Of a stretch of 64,000 nt of DNA, positions 8,455 to 18,098 are shown one piece after another. The number at the start of each line of letters is the position of its first letter. Positions within the stretch are counted from its first letter, which is position 1. Origin of the DNA: Alphaproteobacteria bacterium (lineage in GTDB: Bacteria; Pseudomonadota; Alphaproteobacteria; Rs-D84); NCBI GenBank assembly GCA_009783855.1, contig WRCO01000002.1, positions 25,038 through 89,037 of the forward strand, read 5' to 3'. The position numbers and the translations under genes are program-made. Below the pieces are notes generated by a model that did no database searches, was not told the DNA's origin, and saw nothing but the letters and a program-made list of their open reading frames with translations.

Positions 8455-8817
8455 ATGGACCAGGCAAAACAAAAGGGACGGGTGATGAATTTCAAGCCGC
8501 TGCACAACATACGGGATTATTTTGTCGGGTCTTATGACTTTGTAATCGGCGATTTGGACACCCTTCGGTATTGGCACCTGAGGAAATTTGACAAGGATTT
8601 CGTGTTTTATAACTCGGAAAAACCCAATATTTTTACTGTGCTTAAAAATTGCGGGGAAAAATCCATGATGTATGTTGCCGCGGTTTTGGCCCCCGTGCTG
8701 TTGCCAATGGGTTATTGTGGATGGAGAATCGAGAATAGGGTTTCAAAAAAGAAAAGAGAGTTGCCGACATTCAAAGAATTTCTGCAGCGCATTATTGAAG
8801 AATCCAGATTCAGATAA
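8455..8817 (+). CDS. small membrane protein, paralog 4 (FKPLHNIRDYFVGSYDF...AAVLAPVLLPMGY)
   Basis: Tandem paralog, longest copy. The start could be the internal M at 8485. Confidence 0.4.
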   Translation: MDQAKQKGRVMNFKPLHNIRDYFVGSYDFVIGDLDTLRYWHLRKFDKDFVFYNSEKPNIFTVLKNCGEKSMMYVAAVLAPVLLPMGYCGWRIENRVSKKKRELPTFKEFLQRIIEESRFR

Positions 8818-8833
8818 AAACAAGGAGCAGACA

Positions 8834-9133
8834 ATGGACATGAAAGCATTGATGGAACAGGCAAAGGGGCTGCAGGCAAAGGTCAGCGCGGCACAGGATT
8901 CGCTGTCCCGCACCGTTGTAAAGGGCATTGCCGCGGGCGGAATGGCGATTGTAGAAATGACTGGAAAATATGAATTGGTTAAGCTAACATTATCGCCGGA
9001 TATAGAGCAGGAAGACCTTGAAAGCATGACGGCAATCATATCCGCCGCGTTTAATGACGCGAAAGCGAAAGCCGACGCGACAATTGACAAGGTTATGTCG
9101 GAAGCCACGGCCGGTATGCCGCTTCCGCAGTAA
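8834..9133 (+). CDS. ybaB: nucleoid-associated protein YbaB/EbfC family
   Basis: RBS caaggagcagacaATG. MDMKALMEQAKGLQAKVSAAQDSL...SPDIEQEDLESMTAIISAAFNDA matches the YbaB pattern (MKQAQQMQ...LLEDLVAAAFNDA). Confidence 0.8.
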   Translation: MDMKALMEQAKGLQAKVSAAQDSLSRTVVKGIAAGGMAIVEMTGKYELVKLTLSPDIEQEDLESMTAIISAAFNDAKAKADATIDKVMSEATAGMPLPQ

Positions 9134-9137
9134 GGTT

Positions 9138-9213
9138 TGGACGATTAGCTCAGTTGGTAGAGCGTCTCGCTTACACCGAGTAGGTCGGCGGTTCGAGCCC
9201 GTCATCGTCCACC
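9138..9213 (+). tRNA. tRNA-Val (anticodon TAC)
   Basis: Cloverleaf GGACGAT / ATCGTCC acceptor stem, anticodon loop cttacac, T-arm GGTTCGAGCCC, 3' CCA encoded. Confidence 0.85.
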
Positions 9214-9441
9214 ATAAAATTCGGAGAGAGAATGACTGGATGGACACATTCTTGACAGTTGGGCGTTTTTAATCCGCGCCTTTTATTATCTGAAAAAGAT
9301 TTGCGGAAAAATTCACGATTTAGAGAAATATCGCTTTAATCCCTTGACTTTTCCTGGGGGGGGTAGAATTGCATTGAAAGATACGTCTGGTGACGTGTAT
9401 TTTCGGCCTATATAAACAAAAGGAAAAAATATGAAAAAATA

Positions 9442-10059
9442 ATGCTTACATCATTGGGTGCATTGCTGATTGCTAATTCAGCCAGTGCAGTGGATATACG
9501 TCCTTATACATCGCTGAAACTTGGATATAACAGTCTTAACAGCGAATATAACGTGACAAAGCCGGTAGTCATAACAGAGGATTTAGAACGCATCGGCGGT
9601 TTTGTCGGCGCGATTGCTGGCGGTGTATCATTCGGCGTGCATGATATGGTCGGTGTGCGCGCGGAACTTGAATATTCCTATACCCGGAACAGCGGAAAAG
9701 TATACAAGGGTTACGACGATAAACGCACAATTACCGATAATAGAATTCTGGCGAATGCGTATGTGGATTTCGGTGGAAACAATTGGGTCGGGTTCAACCC
9801 GTATATAGGGCTTAGCCTGGGATATGGTTTTGCCAGTGGTAAAGAATTTATTGAAGGCGGGGTGGATCTTAAAGCCAACGGATTGGTATACGGCGGGTCT
9901 GTCGGTGTGGCATATTCCGTAACCAACAATATCGCCGCTGATTTGGGCGTTCGTTATCTGATGGCTAACCGCAATTGGAGCGTTACTGCCGTGGACGCTG
10001 AAGGCAAATTCAAAAGCAATGACCTTTCCGTATTGTTCGGAGCGCGTTATACTTTCTAG
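9442..10059 (+). CDS. outer-membrane beta-barrel protein (OmpW/opacity-porin-like, 8-strand type)
   Basis: Signal peptide MLTSLGALLIANSASA. Alternating hydrophobic beta-strands. C-terminal aromatic signature ...GARYTF. Confidence 0.6.
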   Translation: MLTSLGALLIANSASAVDIRPYTSLKLGYNSLNSEYNVTKPVVITEDLERIGGFVGAIAGGVSFGVHDMVGVRAELEYSYTRNSGKVYKGYDDKRTITDNRILANAYVDFGGNNWVGFNPYIGLSLGYGFASGKEFIEGGVDLKANGLVYGGSVGVAYSVTNNIAADLGVRYLMANRNWSVTAVDAEGKFKSNDLSVLFGARYTF

Positions 10060-10083
10060 GAATACATAGAAAGAACGAAAATA

Positions 10084-10112
10084 ATACCACTCTTTCATGG
10101 GTGGTATTTTTT
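10084..10112 (+). terminator. rho-independent terminator after the omp gene
   Basis: ataccac-tctttcatgg-gtggtat followed by TTTTTT. Confidence 0.6.
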
Positions 10113-10516
10113 GCGCACCCTTGCGGGGGCGGCAAAAAGCGCATTGGAATTCGAATTCCGGAAAGGTTTTAAGAAAAACCACAGAGTTTGGAAAAACAAT
10201 TTTATAAGTTTACTTTTCAATATCCATTTTATATAATGAAACCTGAACCTGTGGAGACATTGGTTCAGGACTGTGATTAGTCCTTATTGAATGCGGTGCA
10301 GTTATTTGCATTGTTATCTGATGTAATGGTGTTTTTACTGCACCGTTATATCCTGGCCTTGTGGTCGGGAAGTCGTTTGCTATAAAACAGGGGAAACCCG
10401 AAGGCAACGAAGTCATTTCATTCAATATGATTAATCAACTTCCTGACCGCCATTCCTTGGCGGCTTTTTTGTCTCCCAAAAACAGAAATAAAAACCTAAA
10501 AGGGAAGAAAATAACA

Positions 10517-11041
10517 ATGAAAGTCGCAATCATATTAGGCACAGTTTTAACTGTGCCCACACAATTATTGGCAGGCCCATTCAGAAATAGAGCGGCAATA
10601 GGCGATATGTGGATGTCTGCTTCCATATTTTATGCTTATGGTATGTCCGCGATGGAAAAAGATTGGGCGGGAACTTTGCAATTTACCGGGTCTTTGGTAT
10701 CTGCGCAACTGGCAACGCAGGGCTTGAAAGAAACCGTTCAGGCACGAAGACCGGACTATGGCGACAATATGTCGTTCCCAAGCGGGCACGCCGCCGCCGC
10801 GTGGTCCAGCGCGATGTTTGTTCATAAGAGATACGGATGGAAACAGGCGTTGTTTCCCTATGCAATGGCGGGCGCTGTGGCTTGGTCCCGTGTTGACCAA
10901 AGGGCGCATTATTGGCACGATGTAATCGCAGCCGCGGGAGTGAGCGCGTTATTCACCTGGATTCTTGTCGACCGTTACGAGAATATCAGGATAGAGGCGG
11001 CGCCGGGGCATGCAAAGTTAAATTATAATATCGCGTTTTGA
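10517..11041 (+). CDS. PAP2-family phosphatase (acid phosphatase / lipid phosphatase type)
   Basis: PAP2 motifs KETVQARRP, PSGHAAAAWSSA and SRVDQRAHYWHDVIAAAG. Signal/TM at the N-terminus. The start was chosen at the ATG with RBS gggaag. Confidence 0.7.
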   Translation: MKVAIILGTVLTVPTQLLAGPFRNRAAIGDMWMSASIFYAYGMSAMEKDWAGTLQFTGSLVSAQLATQGLKETVQARRPDYGDNMSFPSGHAAAAWSSAMFVHKRYGWKQALFPYAMAGAVAWSRVDQRAHYWHDVIAAAGVSALFTWILVDRYENIRIEAAPGHAKLNYNIAF

Positions 11042-11517
11042 CGGCGGCGGCCGCGCTATCCAACTTTTCCTTGAAAACCCGGATGGGCGCTGCTATGCTT
11101 TTCGGCATGAAACGATATGTAATAATGTTTGCCTTTTTACTGCCTGTTGTCGCGGCGCTTGGCTGGTACGGGATGATGACTTCGGCCCAGCTTGAGACAG
11201 CGGCGGGCGCGCAGAAAATCCCGCCGACAATGGCGCGGAAAATGATGAACGGGCCGAAGGAATTCGTGCTTCTTGACGTGCGCACCGAAGAAGAATTCAA
11301 GGAACGGCGCATTAACGGCGCGCTTTTAATCCCTCATGACGAAATACACGCGCGCGCAAAGGATTTGCCGGCGGACAAAAGCAAACCTATTTTCGTATAT
11401 TGCCGCCTTGGCCGCAGAAGTCAGGTTGCGGGCGAAAAACTTGCCGGGCTTGGGTATAAAAACGTATACGACATGGGCGGCGTGGTAGATTGGCCGTATG
11501 AAACGATTGGGGGCTGA
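11038..11517 (+). CDS. rhodanese-domain protein with N-terminal TM anchor
   Basis: Rhodanese active-site loop IFVYCRLGRRSQVAGEKL. The start is ambiguous (11038, 11083 or 11107). Confidence 0.6.
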   Translation: MTAAAALSNFSLKTRMGAAMLFGMKRYVIMFAFLLPVVAALGWYGMMTSAQLETAAGAQKIPPTMARKMMNGPKEFVLLDVRTEEEFKERRINGALLIPHDEIHARAKDLPADKSKPIFVYCRLGRRSQVAGEKLAGLGYKNVYDMGGVVDWPYETIGG

Positions 11518-11519
11518 AA

Positions 11520-12056
11520 ATGACGGTAAAAATCATATTCGAAGCGCATTCGACGACTTGGGACAACGAAGCGGAAAAATCATCGGGATGGAACGATGTC
11601 CGGCTGTCGTTGCCGCTTGGGTACAAACAATCCGAAGAACTTGGCGAACGTTTCGTCGGCAAGCATCTTGACGCCATATTTTGTTCGGACCTGCAGCGCG
11701 CGTATCTGTCCGCCGAAATCGGTTTTGCCGGACGGGATATTCCGATTTTCCGCGACGCGCGTTTGCGCGAATGCAATTACGGCGATTTGACGCAAGGTCC
11801 CGCGGACGCGGTCAACGGTCAAAAGGCGGAAAGGATAGACGTCCCGTTTCCAAACGGCGAAAGCTATACCGACACCAACAAGCGTATGAAAGAATTTCTG
11901 GACGAATTAAAGACCAATTATGACGGCAAGACGGTTTTGGTTGTCGGGCATCGCGCCACTCAATACGCGCTTGACCATTTTATCCTTGGCCAGCCTATGA
12001 AAGAAATTGTCGCAAAGAAATTCAAATGGCAACCGGGTTGGGAATACGAACTGTAA
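11520..12056 (+). CDS. histidine phosphatase superfamily (PGAM-like) protein, non-canonical N-terminal motif
   Basis: The fold is PGAM-like: IIFEAHSTTWDNEAEKSSGW in place of RHGxT, plus VLVVGHRATQYAL carrying the conserved His. It lacks the canonical RHG Arg. Confidence 0.5.
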   Translation: MTVKIIFEAHSTTWDNEAEKSSGWNDVRLSLPLGYKQSEELGERFVGKHLDAIFCSDLQRAYLSAEIGFAGRDIPIFRDARLRECNYGDLTQGPADAVNGQKAERIDVPFPNGESYTDTNKRMKEFLDELKTNYDGKTVLVVGHRATQYALDHFILGQPMKEIVAKKFKWQPGWEYEL

Positions 12057-12065
12057 GGCGACGCT

Positions 12066-12434
12066 ATGACCAATTACTCAAAAGTCTGCGAATTTCATAA
12101 AAAATACGACCGTTTTCTTGACCTTGGCAAATTGCCGGAAAATCAGGCGGCGTTCAGAGTCGGGTTTATTGAAGAAGAACTTGGCGAATTAAAGAAAGCC
12201 GTGGCGAATGATGACTGTGTCGGGATTCTGGACGCGCTTGCCGATATTTTATACGTAACCTATGGAATGGCGGCGGAATACGGTTTTGACATGGACGAAG
12301 CGTTCGGCAGGGTTCACGAAAGCAATATGTCAAAAACCATGACCCGGGATAAGGGAAAGCTTGCCAAAGGACCGGGGTACAAGCCGGTGGATTTAACCGA
12401 TTTGGCGCGTATCCCTTCGAATCAAAGGGGTTGA
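12066..12434 (+). CDS. MazG-like nucleotide pyrophosphohydrolase (NTP-PPase, all-alpha)
   Basis: FIEEELGELKKAVANDDCVGILDALADILYVTYGMAAEYGFD is the EExxE...D metal-binding helix pair of MazG/HisE-like NTP-PPases. Confidence 0.55.
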   Translation: MTNYSKVCEFHKKYDRFLDLGKLPENQAAFRVGFIEEELGELKKAVANDDCVGILDALADILYVTYGMAAEYGFDMDEAFGRVHESNMSKTMTRDKGKLAKGPGYKPVDLTDLARIPSNQRG

Positions 12435-13561
12435 GGATTCAGGCGCAGCTGTCCGCAAGCGCTTCCGATGTCCGCGCCGCGTTCGCGCCGGATGCGCGTA
12501 TGGATGCCGTTTTCTTTCAATATATCTTGGAACCGATGCACCGCGTTGTTCGATGGCGCAGACAAGTCGCCGCGTTCCGCGACCGCGTTCCAGGGGATTA
12601 AATTCACCATTACGCTTTTGTCTTTTAACAGCGCGGACAATTGTTCGGCGTGTTCGGGGGCATAATTTCCCCCACCCGTCCCCCGATTTGGGGTGGGAAA
12701 ATCCAAAAGTATATATTCAATCATCAATTGGCGGCCGGTTCTTTCGCTGTGCGCGAAAGCGGCGTCAAGGACGTCCGCAATCGGATAACGTTTGTTTATG
12801 GGCATTAATTCGCCGCGCAATTCGTCGTTCGGCGCGTGCAGGGAAATCGCAAGGTTCACCGGTCTGGCCCATTCGGTCAATTCGTTGATACCCGGAACAA
12901 TGCCGCATGTCGATACAGTCATCCGCCGCCATGAAATGCCAAGTTTGGCATTCGCGGTTCCAAGAAATCCGCGAAGGTTTTCAGTGTTCTGCAACGGCTC
13001 GCCCGTGCCCATCACAACGATATGCGACACGTCGTTATTATTTGGGTCGCCGTTCGCGCGGACTTTGTGTGCGTCGTGGGGCGCAAGGCGTGTGCGAAGC
13101 TCCCATTGCGCCGCCAAAACCTGTGCCAGCATTTCATTGGCGGTTAAATTTCTTTTTAATCCAAGAAGCGTCGATGCGCAGAATTTACAGCCCATGGCAC
13201 AACCGGCCTGTGACGATACGCATACGCTGTTCCCGTAACTTGTGCGCATAAGGACGGTTTCTATAATATCGTGCTGTTGATTTGTGTCGGTGGTTCGCAA
13301 TAAGAATTTTGTTGTCTGCCTGTCCAGGGATTCTAATTTCTGCTCTATCGTGCAGGGCAGGGTTTGCGCCGCGCGGCCAAGGTCGCGGCGAAGGCTCTCC
13401 GGCAGATTCTTCATGACCGAAAAATCGGGCGCGCCGCGGTACAGCCATTCTTGTACTTGCTTCGCCCTGAATCTCGGCTGTCCAAGACCGACGACGAATT
13501 GTTCCAATTCGGAAGGGGGCATATTGAAGAGGATGGGTTTATTGCTCATAAAAACTGACAA
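12422..13561 (-). CDS. rlmN: 23S rRNA (adenine2503-C2)-methyltransferase RlmN (radical SAM)
   Basis: CVSSQAGCAMGCKFCAS radical-SAM cluster motif. GTGEPLQN. A C-terminal Cys is present. Confidence 0.9.
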   Translation of the reverse strand: MSVFMSNKPILFNMPPSELEQFVVGLGQPRFRAKQVQEWLYRGAPDFSVMKNLPESLRRDLGRAAQTLPCTIEQKLESLDRQTTKFLLRTTDTNQQHDIIETVLMRTSYGNSVCVSSQAGCAMGCKFCASTLLGLKRNLTANEMLAQVLAAQWELRTRLAPHDAHKVRANGDPNNNDVSHIVVMGTGEPLQNTENLRGFLGTANAKLGISWRRMTVSTCGIVPGINELTEWARPVNLAISLHAPNDELRGELMPINKRYPIADVLDAAFAHSERTGRQLMIEYILLDFPTPNRGTGGGNYAPEHAEQLSALLKDKSVMVNLIPWNAVAERGDLSAPSNNAVHRFQDILKENGIHTRIRRERGADIGSACGQLRLNPQPL

Positions 13562-13580
13562 CTGACAGCTAACAACCGGG
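13553..13580. repeat. family B repeat (ctgacaactgacagctaacaac type)
   Basis: One of at least 7 copies of a gttgtcagttgttagctgttag-like element. Others are at 16570-16600, 16643-16677, 31931-31966, 32709-32744, 34998-35030 and 35188-35222. Confidence 0.65.
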
Positions 13581-13631
13581 GTTACGGAAATGGATAACGG
13601 TTCGCCTGGCGAACACCGCGGTTGTCGGTTG

Positions 13632-14531
13632 CTAGTCCAACGCTCCCCTGTAACTTGGGTTATTTATCACTATGACCGCGCGGCGGCGCAATTGTTTAAG
13701 CTGTTGGTCGGCAAGGAACAGCGACCGCTTGAACGTCACATTCTGGCGCACGACTTCGTCAAGGTTTTCGAATTCCGCCATCTGCGTCCGCGAACAGACA
13801 ATCAAAACGGACCGGTCTTCTCCGCGCGGGGACCAAGTAAGTTCGGCAAGCCCCGCAATCCGCGCCCTTATATCTTCGGCAAGTTCGAATTCCGGAACCG
13901 TTATCCGGACCGGCACGCCGCCAAGGTTTCGCGCCTGACTCATCGCGTCGTCGCAATCCTTCGGCGTTGTCAATTTCGCCGCAATATCTTCCGGAATATC
14001 CACAAGGCGGATAAGCGTCGTATCAACGGGCAGGCCGCGCGTGCGGGAAAGAAGGGCAAGTTCGTCCCGCACGTCCGCGTCCGTTATGCTTACCGTCGGC
14101 ATTATCGTGCGGCCGATTACCATCTGCCACGCGATATGCGCGCGGGTTGATGCGCGAAGCATTTCCGCGCCGACAGGGTCAAGCGTGTCAATGGGCAGGC
14201 CCCGTGCGCGCAATGAATCCAATTCGCGCCGGACGTCCGCATCCGAAGGGTTTATTTGTATCTGCGCCGCGTGGTGAAGTTTTATATGGTCGTCTATGAT
14301 TTCTGAAAGCGCGCGGATGCGGTTGTCCGTCGATACCTGTCCCTTCATATTCATGATGCGCGCGCGCGCTGTAATGTCGCGGTCCGTTATCGGGTTGCCG
14401 TTAATGCTTGCGGCGATGGTGGCGGCGTTTGCGGTAAAGCCGCAAATAGAGCACAGAGCACAGACCAAAGAGCAAAAATGTATGCGTTTGGAAATTTTAT
14501 TCTTTAATATCGGCATTTGTTGGGTCTCCAT
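13632..14531 (-). CDS. surA: SurA-like periplasmic chaperone (N-terminal SurA domain; short form without a clear PPIase domain)
   Basis: Signal peptide. SurA_N-like helical region. Sits between lptD and rlmN, as in many alphaproteobacteria. Only 299 aa. Confidence 0.45.
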   Translation of the reverse strand: METQQMPILKNKISKRIHFCSLVCALCSICGFTANAATIAASINGNPITDRDITARARIMNMKGQVSTDNRIRALSEIIDDHIKLHHAAQIQINPSDADVRRELDSLRARGLPIDTLDPVGAEMLRASTRAHIAWQMVIGRTIMPTVSITDADVRDELALLSRTRGLPVDTTLIRLVDIPEDIAAKLTTPKDCDDAMSQARNLGGVPVRITVPEFELAEDIRARIAGLAELTWSPRGEDRSVLIVCSRTQMAEFENLDEVVRQNVTFKRSLFLADQQLKQLRRRAVIVINNPSYRGALD

Positions 14532-14570
14532 TGTTGTTATCTGTTATCTGTGCTCTGCGCGCAAAGCGCG

Positions 14571-16640
14571 CTATCTTCTTCCTTCCACCAATCTCAAGCT
14601 GAAGACAAGTTTGATGGTCGTGGTTCCGACATAGTTTTCGTCCACGCCAAAGCCGCGCCGGATTGCGCCGTCGCGCGCGTATTCAAGCCCAAGCATATAA
14701 CACGGATGTTCGTAATAAAGCCCGGCCTGTTGCCTTTGTATGCGTTCGTCCGTGATATTGTACGTCGTGCGCGCGCGAAGCCTCCACCGTTCGGTAAGTC
14801 CCGTGCCAAACCCGCCCGCGATTTCATTCTGGCGGCTTTCTTCCGTGAACGGGTCGCTTAACTGTACCGCCATTATATACCCGGCTTCGATAAAATCGGT
14901 TTTGCCGAACCGCGCCATGGATTCTATGTGGCGCAATGCGAAACTGTCGCGGTAAAACCGCGCGCGGTTGTTTATGGCGAACCAGTTTTTGTATTCAAGC
15001 GAAAGACGTCCAACAAAATCGGACCGGCCCGCGTGAAACCCGGAATTCGGGTCCAGACCGGCTGTTTCGGAAAAGTCATAGGTCTGTCCCGCAAAACCGG
15101 ATACGGATATTCCGTTCGCAGAAAAAGCCGACCAGTCAATACCGTAATCCGCATAATTGCTGTTGACCCAAAGGTCGTATCCGGCAAAGCGGTTGTTGGA
15201 AAACAAAGTCGCGTCCGACAAGACCGAACCGGCCGAATCTATGTCCGTAAACGCGGGCGAATCAAGCACGCGCATCATTGTAAACCGGGCGCGCGGCTTT
15301 AACACATGCGTCCAGTTTTCAGAACTGTTGTTTATAAGCGGAAGCGCCCATTCGATATATCCCGATGGTAAAAACCGTGTTTTGGTTCCGGTAAAGTTGG
15401 GGTCGCCTTCGAACCTTGTCATATCGGCGTTATCAAAATAATAAATATCATACCGGGCCTGGGCCGACAGGGTAATACGCTGTCCCCCCCGTATTATCCA
15501 CGGAGAGGCAACGCCGACAGAGCCAAGTATGCGCTGCATCCTGTCGGCGTTTTGGGAATTGTAAATCCCAATCATATCGCCCGTGAAAAAGGCGTAAGTG
15601 TCGGCATACAGCGGCGCCGTTTGGAAAACGCCGTGAATGTTCGGAAGAATGTCGCCGGATTGGGAAATGGTGCGCCTGTTCGGATTAACGCGGAGTTCTT
15701 GGAACGTATGCGCGCTTGCGCGGACGTATCCCGAATCCGCAAAAACCTCCACGCGCCCGCCGGAATCAAGGAACGGCTGTGCGTCATAGAATCCGTATCG
15801 TTGCAAATATGTCTTGTCGGACGTGCGTTGCAGGAATATCGTCGCGCGCGCATGGTCGCCAAGTTCAATCACATCGTTGTTGAAGACGTGCCATCTGTTG
15901 TTCCCCGCCCTGTTGCGCGTGTACGACCCTGTTGTCCGGAACTGTGACCGTTCGGCGTTAAGGCGGTGCTCTATTTGCCAAAGCGGGTTTTCGCCCGTCA
16001 GGTGCGCGGGCGTAAAGGTGAAATCATGCATATCGGAAAGCGCGATGTAGACCGGGAAATTAATCTGGGTCCCCATGCCGGTCGTCGTGTTCATGTACGG
16101 TATAAGCAGACCGGACCGCCTTCGGACCGTAGGGTCCGGATAAGCCAGATAAGGCGACCAGAATATCGGAATATTATACGCCCAGAAGACCGCGTTGTAA
16201 AACTGCATGACGCGGGTGTCGGTATCATGCCGCATGCGTGACGCCGTGACCTCCCATGCATTTATGCCGTCGTCGCAATCTTCGCATGCCGTGTACGTGA
16301 CGCGGGCCGCGGTTGTTATATTGTCGGTCCGGTCGGCCCTTTCGGCGGAAAAGAATGTCCGCCTGCCAAGCCATACCTGTACATTGTCGCCGCCGGCAAG
16401 CGCGCCCCGTTGCTCCATATGCGCGTCGGACCATGTCATGCGCTGGCCGTCGGCGGTTTCCATCTCTGCTTGTCCGACGGTTCGTATCGCCTGGGACCGT
16501 CGGTCAAATTCTATTCTTTCCGCGGTAATCGTCCGCGCGGATTCAAGGTCGACGGAAAGGGCGTACGTTGAACTAACAACCAACAACGAACAACTAATAA
16601 CCAGTGCGGTGCGAAAAAAATGAAAGGAATAATTTTGCAT
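14571..16640 (-). CDS. lptD: LPS-assembly protein LptD (organic solvent tolerance protein)
   Basis: 689 aa. Signal peptide, N-terminal OstA-like domain (AERIEFDRRSQAIRTVGQAEME) and a large C-terminal barrel. Upstream neighbour is lptG. The signal peptide contains a family B repeat-derived segment (SCSLLVVSS). Confidence 0.85.
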   Translation of the reverse strand: MQNYSFHFFRTALVISCSLLVVSSTYALSVDLESARTITAERIEFDRRSQAIRTVGQAEMETADGQRMTWSDAHMEQRGALAGGDNVQVWLGRRTFFSAERADRTDNITTAARVTYTACEDCDDGINAWEVTASRMRHDTDTRVMQFYNAVFWAYNIPIFWSPYLAYPDPTVRRRSGLLIPYMNTTTGMGTQINFPVYIALSDMHDFTFTPAHLTGENPLWQIEHRLNAERSQFRTTGSYTRNRAGNNRWHVFNNDVIELGDHARATIFLQRTSDKTYLQRYGFYDAQPFLDSGGRVEVFADSGYVRASAHTFQELRVNPNRRTISQSGDILPNIHGVFQTAPLYADTYAFFTGDMIGIYNSQNADRMQRILGSVGVASPWIIRGGQRITLSAQARYDIYYFDNADMTRFEGDPNFTGTKTRFLPSGYIEWALPLINNSSENWTHVLKPRARFTMMRVLDSPAFTDIDSAGSVLSDATLFSNNRFAGYDLWVNSNYADYGIDWSAFSANGISVSGFAGQTYDFSETAGLDPNSGFHAGRSDFVGRLSLEYKNWFAINNRARFYRDSFALRHIESMARFGKTDFIEAGYIMAVQLSDPFTEESRQNEIAGGFGTGLTERWRLRARTTYNITDERIQRQQAGLYYEHPCYMLGLEYARDGAIRRGFGVDENYVGTTTIKLVFSLRLVEGRR

Positions 16641-16642
16641 AT

Positions 16643-16677
16643 TCAGTTGTTAGTCGTTAGCTGTTAATTGTTAATTC
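16643..16677. repeat. family B repeat between lptG and lptD
   Basis: attcagttgttagtcgttagctgttaattgttaattcg. Confidence 0.65.
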
Positions 16678-17749
16678 GCGGTCTTACGCCCGCAAGTATG
16701 AAAAACAAAACGGTTATGGCCAAGACCTGTCCCGCAAGGATTCCGAAAAAGCCCCAAAGCCCAATCGCCAAATCGCCAAGCACCATAAAAGCCGCCATCG
16801 CAAGAGACATCCCAAGCGTCGCCATCGGCGCCGCCATATTGAACCCGGCGCGGCGAAGGAGAGAGGATTTAAGCAGCGCGGCAAGGGCGATAAGGGCAAG
16901 CACAATACTCATAAGCGGGCCCAAAAACCTTGTCGACATTTCGGATAAAATGCGCCGCTGGTCCCTTGGGCGGAACGTGTCAAGCCTTTGCGCTTCGCGA
17001 ATCAGATCCAGCGAAGACAAACGCCGCACACGGAATATATTTCCGGGGTCCCTGTCCGCAAGGTTCAAATCCATATCCATTGAATCAAAGGTGCCGACGG
17101 CGAAGTTTTCATCCCTGAACTGTACGCTTCCCCTTTCCATCGCGATTGAAAGCCCGCGGTCGGTATGGATAAGTTTTCCGCTGTCGGCCGATATTATCAT
17201 CTGGTTTTTTGTGTCGCGGTTGTCGAAAAGCATCAATCGCGACAAATACGTTCCGGCGACCTTTTCAACAAAGACCACAAGCCCGCGCGACATCTGCGTG
17301 AATGTCGCCTCTTGCAATTTCAGGTGCGCAAGGCCGAACCGCATGTTCCATTGGGTGTCGTAAAACTTTGCCTGGGTCGCCGGCACGACAAACATATTCA
17401 TTGCGAAATGAAGCGCGACGATGAGCCCCGCAAACACAAGCGCGGGTCGCGCAACCTGCAGGGGGGAAAGACCCGCCGCCGCCGCAACCGTGATTTCGCG
17501 ACCCGATATAAGCCGCACATACACGAACATAATCGCGATAAATGTGGAAAACGGAATTATAATGGAAAGAATCAGGGGAAGCATCATGGCCGTAAGCCCA
17601 AGAAATCCGACAAGACTTATCCCGTATTGAATAAGAAAGCGCAGCATCGAAAGTATCTGCATCATCCAGGCAAGTCCGGCCAAGACAAGCAGCAGCATTA
17701 TAAAAAATGCAACAAGCTGTTTTGTGAAATAGTTCGATAGGGTTCTCAT
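16664..17749 (-). CDS. lptG: LPS export ABC permease LptF/LptG family (YjgP/YjgQ)
   Basis: 361 aa, 6 TM. YjgP/YjgQ-type architecture with a periplasmic beta-jellyroll insert. Immediately upstream of lptD. Confidence 0.75.
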   Translation of the reverse strand: MRTLSNYFTKQLVAFFIMLLLVLAGLAWMMQILSMLRFLIQYGISLVGFLGLTAMMLPLILSIIIPFSTFIAIMFVYVRLISGREITVAAAAGLSPLQVARPALVFAGLIVALHFAMNMFVVPATQAKFYDTQWNMRFGLAHLKLQEATFTQMSRGLVVFVEKVAGTYLSRLMLFDNRDTKNQMIISADSGKLIHTDRGLSIAMERGSVQFRDENFAVGTFDSMDMDLNLADRDPGNIFRVRRLSSLDLIREAQRLDTFRPRDQRRILSEMSTRFLGPLMSIVLALIALAALLKSSLLRRAGFNMAAPMATLGMSLAMAAFMVLGDLAIGLWGFFGILAGQVLAITVLFFILAGVRPRINN

Positions 17750-17872
17750 TCGTGGTTGGTGGCCCGTGCCGGTGGTTCGTGTCCGAGGTCGTATTCTAGT
17801 ACAATGGAGAATAATATCAAATTATTTTTATAAATCCGAACCACCGGCCGCCAACACGAACACGAATCACGA
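17750..17872. repeat. family A palindromic repeat (long copy) abutting the lptG start codon
   Basis: cgtggttggtggcccgtgccggtggttcgtg ... ccgaaccaccggccgccaacacgaacacgaatcacg. The arms are reverse complements with an AT-rich centre. Confidence 0.7.
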
Positions 17873-17982
17873 TTTTCCTTGCATTTCCCCGATTCGTAGT
17901 TAATAATCCCCGTGTTCTTTAATAAATTAATTAGAGAGCGGGTTCGTAAAAGAGCCCGCTCTTTTAAGTAAGATGGTGGTTG

Positions 17983-18083
17983 GTGTTGGCGGTTGGTGAT
18001 TCGTGTTTTGGATTTTTGGGCAATAACATCCATAAATTCACGTCACAAGCCATCGGCGCGAACCACCGACCACGAAACGACTA
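17983..18083. repeat. family A palindromic repeat upstream of nusA
   Basis: gatggtggttggtgttggcggttggtgattcgtg ... cgcgaaccaccgaccacgaaacg. It ends 15 nt before the nusA GTG start and supplies the aaggag RBS context. Confidence 0.7.
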
Positions 18084-18098
18084 ACAAGGAGTGCGAAC

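Noticed and set aside
9344-9369. TTGACT ... TAGAAT promoter-like hexamers upstream of the omp gene
   Set aside because: The spacer is only 14 nt, too short for sigma70. Not called.
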